Made by a program: the position numbers and the translations under genes | Shown: positions 34,789 through 41,044 of the stretch, in pieces | Position numbering within the stretch: the first letter of the stretch is position 1 | How the letters are laid out: each line of letters opens with the position of its first letter | Source of the DNA: Hyphomonadaceae bacterium | Lineage (GTDB): Bacteria; Pseudomonadota; Alphaproteobacteria; Caulobacterales; Hyphomonadaceae | Direction of reading: 5' to 3' | DNA length: 42,636 nucleotides | NCBI GenBank assembly: GCA_030696545.1 | Contig: JAUYSA010000157.1 | Span: 1 to 42,636, forward strand | The notes under the pieces: generated by a model | What the model saw: only the letters and a program-made list of their open reading frames with translations | Database searches by the model: none | Told to the model about the DNA's origin: nothing

Positions 34789-35382
34789 ATGAACGCAACT
34801 AAGGGTGGCTACCAACAGCCGAACGACTACCCGGCCCACACTCAAGAGTGGGCGCTGCGCCAGCTGGCGAACGTCGGCCTGCCCGGCGGCGCCAGCTCAG
34901 CCGAGCTGTCCGCGTTCGCTGCGGCGGCAGATCAGCTCCAGGCCGCACTCCGGACCTTCGATCAGACCTTCGTCGACCATGGCCCCGCAATGATCGCGGC
35001 GGTGCTGGTAGACCACGTCGGCGCCGGCTACGTGCTGGACTGCGGCTACTGCTTCGACATCCTGCAGATCGCCAGGGCGGAGTGCGGCTCCGACCGCGGA
35101 GAGATACCGGACGGCCCGCACGCGCGGACGCCTGGGTCCGTGGAAGACCTGACGTTCCTGCTGGACAGCGGCCAGTTCGACAACCTCGATCTGTGCCACG
35201 CCGCATTCGCGGCTGGCCTGGAGGGCCCGACCGAGATCGCCAAGGCAACGGGCGTGAAGGTGACCGTGGTCTCGGGCTGCCTCCACTGGATAAGGAAGGC
35301 GAACGGCGACCTCGCCGAGGCCCGCCGGCTCCGGAACGAGCGCGCCCGAGTGCGTCCTGGCACACCGGCTAGCGGTGAATGA
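34789..35382 (+). CDS. hypothetical protein with C-terminal HTH-like module
   Basis: ATG 34789, 10 nt after AGGAG. 197 aa. The C-terminal EIAKATGVKVTVVSGCLHWIRKANGDLAEARRLRNERA is shared with the next gene. Confidence 0.55.
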   Translation: MNATKGGYQQPNDYPAHTQEWALRQLANVGLPGGASSAELSAFAAAADQLQAALRTFDQTFVDHGPAMIAAVLVDHVGAGYVLDCGYCFDILQIARAECGSDRGEIPDGPHARTPGSVEDLTFLLDSGQFDNLDLCHAAFAAGLEGPTEIAKATGVKVTVVSGCLHWIRKANGDLAEARRLRNERARVRPGTPASGE

Positions 35383-35383
35383 C

Positions 35384-35695
35384 ATGAAGAAGACAGATCA
35401 GCTCTCCGTCGTACACGCCGCCTACATCACTGGCGCCGACACGGGCACTAAGGTCGAGAACGCGACGGGCGTGTCCTACAACTCCGCCAACGACTGCCTG
35501 TGCTGGATCAGGAAGGCCGACGGCGACCTCGAACGCGCGCGGCGTCTTCGCAGCCAACACAGTGTCGCTGTCTACATGCGCAGGTACAATTCGGACCCCG
35601 AGTTTCGTGCTCGTGCGAGGGCGCGCAACACCGCCGCGGAAAGCAGGCTCCGTCAAGAAAAGCGGGCCGCCCGCAACAACGGGGCGACGATGTAA
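35384..35695 (+). CDS. hypothetical protein with the same HTH-like module
   Basis: ATG 35384 lies 1 nt after the previous stop (GTG 35375 is an alternative start). Contains KVENATGVSYNSANDCLCWIRKADGDLERARRLRSQHS, then a YMRRYNSDPEFRARARARN tail. Confidence 0.5.
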   Translation: MKKTDQLSVVHAAYITGADTGTKVENATGVSYNSANDCLCWIRKADGDLERARRLRSQHSVAVYMRRYNSDPEFRARARARNTAAESRLRQEKRAARNNGATM

Positions 35696-35743
35696 CGCCG
35701 TAAGGGCCGCGCGCCCGTAAGCGCCGAATCATTCGCTGACAGG

Positions 35744-35773
35744 AAAAGGCCGGGAGCGATCCCGGCCTTTTTC
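35744..35773 (+). terminator. Rho-independent terminator
   Basis: GGCCGGGA (35748-35755), loop GCGA, TCCCGGCC (35760-35767), then TTTTTC. An A-run precedes it, so it could act in both directions. Confidence 0.75.
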
Positions 35774-35879
35774 ATTCGTAGCATTTTGTCGTCCCCGCCC
35801 CCGGCTCGCGGGCGCCAGCATGCGCGACACGCTCTCCCTCATCGACGCCACCCCGGCGCCGACCAACGGAGACAGTCAC

Positions 35880-36251
35880 ATGGACATGACGAAGATGACT
35901 GCGGGCGAGCTGCTCGCGGTCCACAACGAGCGGTGCCCCAAATCGGACCGCCTCACATCTTGGAAGGCATCGAAGGCGGCGCTGATCGCGAAGATCGAGA
36001 AGCTCGGTGAGCGCTCGAAGCAGACGAGTAAGCCGAAGGCCACCGAGAAGGCGAAACACGCGCCGACGGCCACCATAAGCGACTCGGTGAGGCGTCTGCT
36101 CGCCGATCCCAAGTTGAGTTACGCCGACATTGTTGAACTCGTACTCGCCGCCCATCCCGACGCCGCCACCACGACGCGCTCCATCGCCTCCGTCGCGAGT
36201 GTTCTTCGCAAGAAGGGCACAGCGGTCCCGATGCGGAAGGGAGCGAACTGA
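35880..36251 (+). CDS. hypothetical protein sharing the C-terminal domain of the RHH regulator
   Basis: ORF 35820..36251, with ATG 35880 behind GGAGA. The C-terminal ADIVELVLAAHPDAATTTRSIASVASVLRKKG resembles EALEAVFRTHPGAATTLRSISWYRSRLRKDKPG of the product of 34328..34681. Confidence 0.5.
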   Translation: MDMTKMTAGELLAVHNERCPKSDRLTSWKASKAALIAKIEKLGERSKQTSKPKATEKAKHAPTATISDSVRRLLADPKLSYADIVELVLAAHPDAATTTRSIASVASVLRKKGTAVPMRKGAN

Positions 36252-36252
36252 G

Positions 36253-36549
36253 ATGACCGAATTTTTGGGATGGGGCGTTGCGGTGAAGATCGCGGAGAAA
36301 TTCCACGAACGCATCCGCGCCGAGCTTGGCGAGCACTTGACGGAGATCGACAATCTGAATGCCAAGCAGAAGGACTGCTGTGGAACGCATCTCTACTGTG
36401 ACCCCAACGACTACATGGGGGATGCATTTTTCGAGACGGTCGGAAGAGAGATCAACGTGCAAAGCGGCCACGACCTCGCTGTCTTCGACGTGGCGTGGGG
36501 AATTGCGCGGCGCCGCGGGTTTTCGAGGACGTGGGGGATTGGCGCATGA
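36253..36549 (+). CDS. hypothetical protein
   Basis: ATG 36253 lies 1 nt after the previous stop. 98 aa, MTEFLGWGVAVKIAEKFHERIRAELGEHLTEIDNLNAKQKDCCGTHLYCDPNDYMGDAFFE... No recognisable family. Confidence 0.45.
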   Translation: MTEFLGWGVAVKIAEKFHERIRAELGEHLTEIDNLNAKQKDCCGTHLYCDPNDYMGDAFFETVGREINVQSGHDLAVFDVAWGIARRRGFSRTWGIGA

Positions 36550-36731
36550 TCGGCTTCCTTGAGCTGCCGTGCCTCAGCGGCCCCGCCCTCATCCGTCTCG
36601 ATAGGGTGGTCCTCGTGAGGCCCGACCCCACGGCGGCCGCCACGCGTACTCTCATCGTGTTGGACGGCGCCCAAGAGGTTCTCATCACCAAGCCCGCCGC
36701 GGAGGTGGTGAGCGCGATGAAGGCGGTCTAA
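36546..36731 (+). CDS. hypothetical small protein
   Basis: ATGA overlap with the previous stop. 61 aa, MIGFLELPCLSGPALIRLDRVVLVRPDPTAAATRTLIVLDGAQEVLITKPAAEVVSAMKAV. Confidence 0.4.
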   Translation: MIGFLELPCLSGPALIRLDRVVLVRPDPTAAATRTLIVLDGAQEVLITKPAAEVVSAMKAV

Positions 36732-36756
36732 TCCGGCCAAGGCGAAGAACTGTGTG

Positions 36757-36785
36757 AGGGCGCGGAGCGATCCGCGCCCTTTCTC
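36757..36785. terminator. hairpin terminator between convergent operons
   Basis: AGGGCGCGGA (36757-36766), loop GCGA, TCCGCGCCCT (36771-36780), then TTCTCTATTC on the plus strand. It abuts the stop of the HEPN-like gene. Confidence 0.65.
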
Positions 36786-37273
36786 TATTCTGCTGCGAGC
36801 GGCATCGGTCCGACCATCTCATTGAGCTTCCCATGGAACGCCTTGAGAGCTTCCTGCCCGACCGTCATCGAGCGCATGAGCATCAGCACAGCAGTTCCAG
36901 CGACAAGAAGGTCCACGTCTCGATCCGTCGCCGTCTTGTCGCCGTGGAAGAAGTTGTTCCGCACGTCTTTCAGGTGATCGACGAGCTTGGCGGCGTCCGT
37001 CGAGGCGGCGGGGAAGTCTCCCCAAACCGGCGGACCGTCTTCCGGACCCATGACCAGCTTCCGGGGCGGATGGTCGATCAGATGCCGCGCCTGCGGGAGC
37101 AAGCTGGCCTTGGCGAAGAAGTCGGCGGGCAGCATGAGGACGAACGTCGTCCAGTCGGCGGCCGCGGGTTTACCGGTCTTCCACTTCGTTCCCTTACAGT
37201 GGAGGCCGCCCCGCTTCATCGCGTACTCGAACGCTCCGAACAGCCTCGCGAACTCCATTGCCTGCGGGTACAT
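36785..37273 (-). CDS. HEPN-like protein (R-x4-H motif)
   Basis: 162 aa. RNNFFH at residues 105-110 (nt 36944-36961, verified as CGGAACAACTTCTTCCAC) sits in the context LKDVRNNFFHGDK. The protein is helical, with an N-terminal EFARLFGAFEYAMKRGG helix. It is the last gene of the four-gene operon. Confidence 0.5.
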   Translation of the reverse strand: MYPQAMEFARLFGAFEYAMKRGGLHCKGTKWKTGKPAAADWTTFVLMLPADFFAKASLLPQARHLIDHPPRKLVMGPEDGPPVWGDFPAASTDAAKLVDHLKDVRNNFFHGDKTATDRDVDLLVAGTAVLMLMRSMTVGQEALKAFHGKLNEMVGPMPLAAE

Positions 37274-37285
37274 GGCGGCCTCTCG

Positions 37286-37594
37286 CTAGATCTTGCTCTG
37301 GATGCTGAGCTGCGCCTGCGCGAGCGCGGCCCGTGCTTCCGCGAGCGCGGCGACGGCGGCATGGGCAGACTGTCCGCTCAGGTACGGGCCGGGCGCAGGC
37401 AGATCAGAGGTCGGCGCGGCCGCGACGTGCGGGAAGCTGTCACCAGTGGCGACGTTGGCGATTCGTCCGCCGTTGACGCCGAACCAGCTGGCGATGTCGT
37501 GCTGACGGTCGCCGCGCGCGAGCATGCCCTTCACTATGGCGGCGTCGGCGGCGGTGAGACGGATGCCGCTCGAAGGCGCGCGTTTCCTGGTCAT
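37286..37594 (-). CDS. small HTH protein
   Basis: ORF 37286..37660, with ATG 37594 behind AAAGGA. MTRKRAPSSGIRLTAADAAIVKGMLARGDRQHDIASWFGVNGGRIANVATG fits a sigma-70 region 4 / GcrA-like HTH pattern. Confidence 0.5.
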   Translation of the reverse strand: MTRKRAPSSGIRLTAADAAIVKGMLARGDRQHDIASWFGVNGGRIANVATGDSFPHVAAAPTSDLPAPGPYLSGQSAHAAVAALAEARAALAQAQLSIQSKI

Positions 37595-37608
37595 GGTGAG
37601 GTGTCCTT

Positions 37609-37794
37609 TCACTTCGTGTCGTTGGCGGGTGTGGGAGGCGGGCTGTTTTCGGGAATGCACCCATCAAACAGCTTCGACCGGACGTACTCAGAACGGTCGC
37701 AGTGCCGCTCTTGGGCCGCCCGGTCGAGCGCGTCGCACTGCTCCTCGGTGACCCGGACGGTGACGTACTTGATGCGCTTGGAACCCTTGGCCAT
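37609..37794 (-). CDS. small ribbon-helix-helix protein (MobC/CopG-like)
   Basis: ORF 37609..37938, with ATG 37794 behind GAGGGTGAG. 61 aa, MAKGSKRIKYVTVRVTEEQCDALDRAAQERHCDRSEYVRSKLF. Confidence 0.55.
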   Translation of the reverse strand: MAKGSKRIKYVTVRVTEEQCDALDRAAQERHCDRSEYVRSKLFDGCIPENSPPPTPANDTK

Positions 37795-37805
37795 GACGCT
37801 CACCC

Positions 37806-39506
37806 TCACGCTGCGCGCTTGCGTAGGACGAGGCCCGGGACCTCGGGAAACGGCTCCTTGCGCGGGCCGACCTGCTGCCACTTCAGCGTCGCCACGGGCC
37901 GGTCTTGAAGGTAAGCGTTCCATGCCTTGATGATCCATGCGGCGCGCTCAGCGTCCGGAATGCTGACCTTCTTGTCGATCTTGGCGCGCACGAGCTGGTC
38001 GCGCAGGGTCAGGATCGGGTGGCGCGCCGGGAGCTCGGCGCCGTCCGTCAGGCGATTGAGGAAGAAGTCAGCCTTCCTCGGGTGCACGCGGCGGAAGAAG
38101 TAGTGCAGCGCAATGACGAGCGTCGGCGCGGTGATGTCACGGATCTTCTGACCGTTGCGCACGCTGTCACGGAGCTCGGGGTGCGCCTTCAGCGTGGACA
38201 TCAACTCGGCGTTGGTGGGAGCAGCTCCGCGAGACTGGAGCAGCCCGTTCTCGAAGAGCCAGACCTGACGGAGGCACGCGGCAAGAAGGCTGGTATTCGT
38301 CTCGCCCAGATCCCGCAGAATATCGCCGAAGGCGCGCTTCGACCCGAGGTCGAACGTCTCGAACACCGAGGGATCGAGGCCCCTGACGATCATCGCAGGA
38401 AAGGGCTTGTTCGCAAGAACGCCCGCCTGGAGCCGGTGCTGGCCGTCCAGCAGCCGTCCGTCCTTGGCGACCTTGATAGTCTGGCCGTTGAGCTTCCACG
38501 CCCCGGACTTGATGTCCCTGGCGTACTTCTTCACCACCATACCGGAGATGGGCCGGTTATGATCGTTCCGCTCCAGCAGCATCTCGGCCATGGCCGGATC
38601 TACGTCGACGATCTCCACCTCGATGCCACGGGCGTTGAGGCGTGGACGCCGGCCGCCTGCCGCCGCCTCAGGCACCGAAGCAAGGCCGGTGCGCAGCGCG
38701 TCTTCATCAATCCCACTCACACGAGGCGGGTTGTCGGTCCCGGGCACGAAGCGGAGCTGCTTCATCGGCTCACCGGCGACGAAGGCCTCCCACGCCTTGA
38801 TGAACAGGCCGATCACCAGACCTTGGGACTTCATGCCCCTGGTATCCTGGAGGGCCTGGAGCTGGCGCCGGAGGAGGTAAGCGGGCCCCTCGTCCACTTC
38901 CTCATCTACAAGCTCGTGGAAAAACTCGTTGGCCTTCTCGGGGTCGCGCTTCCAGAACAGGTAGTGCATGGCAGCGACCACGCCGAGCGACATGAACGAA
39001 GACGCGTCGGCGGCCAGCGCCATGCTCAGCCGGACATCCGGGTTGTTCGCCAGGATCTGGAGACGCTGCTGGGCCGTCACCTTCCGCCCAGGAGCGGCGT
39101 AGTTGTCATTCGCATACCGCCAGAGGACTGCCAGCGCCGCAGCAAGGGCGCGCCCGTTCTCCTCGTCCTTGATCGACAGGATGTCCCCAACGGTGCGGCT
39201 GCGCACTGCATCGATCGTGTCGAATGCAGAGTCTGCAACGCCTCGGACCAGCAACGCGGGGAAGGGAACCTTGGCTTGGACGCCTGCCGCCAGACGCAAA
39301 ACGCCGTCGAGAACTTGCCCGCTCTGGCCAAGGATGACAGGCTCGCCGTTCATGCGCCAGCGGCCCATTCTCATGTCTTCGGCGAAGGCCTCGACCTGCT
39401 GGGGGTTCAGGCGCCGCTCCAGCCGCTTCTTTTGGAGAAGCAAGGCGGCCTCTGCTGGCTTGATGAGGACGATCTCGTGGGTGATCTTGGCGGGCGGGCG
39501 CTTCAT
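37806..39506 (-). CDS. tandem-duplicated ParB/Srx-like (DGQHR-type) protein
   Basis: 566 aa made of two homologous halves of about 280 aa. Repeat 2 has ISGMVVKKYARDIKSGAWKLNGQTIKVAKDGRLLDGQHRLQAGV (DGQHR at nt 38433-38447, verified as GACGGCCAGCACCGG). Repeat 1 has the degenerate NPQQVEAFAEDMRMGRWRMNGEPVILGQSGQVLDGVLRLAAGV. Both are followed by similar helical domains (IKAWEAF / IKAWNAY). Confidence 0.65.
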   Translation of the reverse strand: MKRPPAKITHEIVLIKPAEAALLLQKKRLERRLNPQQVEAFAEDMRMGRWRMNGEPVILGQSGQVLDGVLRLAAGVQAKVPFPALLVRGVADSAFDTIDAVRSRTVGDILSIKDEENGRALAAALAVLWRYANDNYAAPGRKVTAQQRLQILANNPDVRLSMALAADASSFMSLGVVAAMHYLFWKRDPEKANEFFHELVDEEVDEGPAYLLRRQLQALQDTRGMKSQGLVIGLFIKAWEAFVAGEPMKQLRFVPGTDNPPRVSGIDEDALRTGLASVPEAAAGGRRPRLNARGIEVEIVDVDPAMAEMLLERNDHNRPISGMVVKKYARDIKSGAWKLNGQTIKVAKDGRLLDGQHRLQAGVLANKPFPAMIVRGLDPSVFETFDLGSKRAFGDILRDLGETNTSLLAACLRQVWLFENGLLQSRGAAPTNAELMSTLKAHPELRDSVRNGQKIRDITAPTLVIALHYFFRRVHPRKADFFLNRLTDGAELPARHPILTLRDQLVRAKIDKKVSIPDAERAAWIIKAWNAYLQDRPVATLKWQQVGPRKEPFPEVPGLVLRKRAA

Positions 39507-39840
39507 CGGGTTTGACCTGCGGCGGGCAACAGGGCTTGCCCAAGAGCAATCTCTGCCCGTCGCCTAACATGAGCAAGAAGATTCGTGTTGCACGCCTCGT
39601 CACCGTCAACTGGGTTGACCATGGGAGAAGGTAAAATCCGTCCTATGCCCCTGATTATTCAGCCTAAAACACGATCAAGAAGGGTGCGATGAGGATTCAG
39701 CAGTGCCGACTTTGTTCTTCCCATACGGAAGCATGATCCGTGTCGTCGCGGGGGTCATCAGCACGGCGTCGGCGGTCCTGCGATTCTCATGCAAAGCAAA
39801 CGCTGGTCCCCTTCTAGCATAAAACGCAGCAACATGGGCT

Positions 39841-40461
39841 ATGGAAACAGCCCACCAACGCCTGGCGGCCGCCCTGCACCGGGAAGGCATCGCGAACGAA
39901 GAGTCCGCCTCGCCGGAGGCGGCTGGACGCCTTTGCGCAGAGCTGGGTATCTCACCGAAGAGCCTGCGAAACCGGCGCTGGGAGCTCAAAAAGGCCTCTG
40001 AAGCGGGCTGCGAGGCAAACCAAGGACCGGTTAGCGCGCAGGGGCGAAGATACAGGTCGGACCCAGCCTACGCTGCCGCGATGCGTGAAAAGGCGCGGAG
40101 AGCCCGCGTGAGGAACTACGCCTATCACGTATTCAAGAACACGCGCGGCAACGCACGGAAACGCGGCCTGCGCTTCGAGCTCACGCGAGAACAAGTCGCT
40201 GAACTGCTGGTGCCGATGCAATGCTCGATGACCGGCCTCCCGCTTCTGCCAGATTGGGACGGTCCCGGCCGCAACCCGTGGTGGCCCAGCCTCGATCAGA
40301 TCGACCCGTGCGCTGGCTACACAAGGCAGAATGTCCGAGTGGTCTGCTGGGCCTATAACGTGATGAAGGGCGAACTGACCGACCAAGAGGTCCGTATCTA
40401 CGCCTCCGCCCTGTTGCGCGGCCCCTCGGGCCGGACCCGGAGGCCGGGGACAAGATCATAG
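39841..40461 (+). CDS. HNH-like (DRID-GY-NV motif) protein, paralog 1
   Basis: 206 aa. ARKRGLRFELTREQVAELLVPMQCSMTGLPL...PSLDQIDPCAGYTRQNVRVVCWAYNVMKG matches a pattern I recognise from phage-associated HNH-type proteins (S-DRID-x-GY-x-NV). Confidence 0.55.
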   Translation: METAHQRLAAALHREGIANEESASPEAAGRLCAELGISPKSLRNRRWELKKASEAGCEANQGPVSAQGRRYRSDPAYAAAMREKARRARVRNYAYHVFKNTRGNARKRGLRFELTREQVAELLVPMQCSMTGLPLLPDWDGPGRNPWWPSLDQIDPCAGYTRQNVRVVCWAYNVMKGELTDQEVRIYASALLRGPSGRTRRPGTRS

Positions 40462-40505
40462 CCGCACGTCTCTACAGCAACGGGGTCTCCGCGTCGGCGC
40501 ACCTG

Positions 40506-40856
40506 ATGCGCACGTGGCGGGCGAGTGCTGGCGGCAGAGGCCTAGAGTTCTCGCTGACCTACGACTGGCTCAGTCCACGCCTGACGAGGGGAGTATGCGA
40601 GGTCACGGGTCTACCGCTGGCGATGGAGTACGGAGGGCGTGCGCACCGGAACCCTCTCGTTCCGAGCGCAGACCGGATCGACGGCTCGAAGGGATACTCC
40701 CCTGAGAACGTGCGCCTCGTCTGCGGCTGGTTCAACTACGCCCGACAGGACTGGCCTGATGAGGTCGTCAGGAAGGTGGCGCTGGGACTATTGCGCCTCA
40801 GTTCTCGTGCCGCTTTCCGGAGTCGAACCGGAACGACCGAAGTCGCCGCATTTTGA
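40506..40856 (+). CDS. HNH-like (DRID-GY-NV motif) protein, paralog 2
   Basis: 116 aa. GGRGLEFSLTYDWLSPRLTRGVCEVTGLPL...PSADRIDGSKGYSPENVRLVCGWFNYARQ. The last ~49 nt run into the antisense tRNA-Leu gene, so the C-terminus is doubtful. Confidence 0.45.
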   Translation: MRTWRASAGGRGLEFSLTYDWLSPRLTRGVCEVTGLPLAMEYGGRAHRNPLVPSADRIDGSKGYSPENVRLVCGWFNYARQDWPDEVVRKVALGLLRLSSRAAFRSRTGTTEVAAF

Positions 40857-40889
40857 GTGCGGTGCGTCTACCAATTCCGCCAAAGCGGC
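40808..40889 (-). tRNA. tRNA-Leu(CAA), intact, carried inside the element, no encoded CCA
   Basis: Minus strand reads GCCGCTTTGGCGGAATTGGTAGACGCACCGCACTCAAAATGCGGCGACTTCGGTCGTTCCGGTTCGACTCCGGAAAGCGGCA (82 nt). Acceptor GCCGCTT/AAGCGGC, anticodon stem CCGCA/TGCGG with loop CTCAAAA, long variable arm, T-arm TCCGG TTCGACT CCGGA. The downstream bases are CGAG, not CCA. Confidence 0.9.
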
Positions 40890-41044
40890 ACGAGCGGGCG
40901 TTCTAACCCGATCGATCGGATAGCGGAAGTCCGGCTTGGCCTATGTGTGGCTTTTCGGGCTTCGAGATCTGGCCGGACTCGTCCAGAGAGCCGCAACGCC
41001 TTGATCCGGAGTCGATTTTCGTGATGGGCCGCGAGAGGCACTCA

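Noticed and set aside
37905-39515. 536-aa plus-strand ORF antisense to the ParB-like gene
   Set aside because: The minus-strand product shows an internally consistent duplicated ParB-like architecture with DGQHR. The plus-strand product has no motifs and typical antisense composition.
39507-39622. 39-codon minus-strand uORF (ATG 39622) whose stop overlaps the ParB-like start codon (ATGA)
   Set aside because: There is no purine-rich RBS (the upstream sequence is CCTTCTCCC), the size is below any cutoff, and the composition is not distinctive. It is probably just the 5-prime UTR.
40990-41019. Short similarity (TCCGGAGTCGA, 11 nt, plus nearby GCCGC) to the T-arm/acceptor end of the island-borne tRNA-Leu, suggesting a second degenerate tRNA fragment
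   Set aside because: It is too short and gapped to separate from chance in GC-rich DNA. It would need alignment with related islands.
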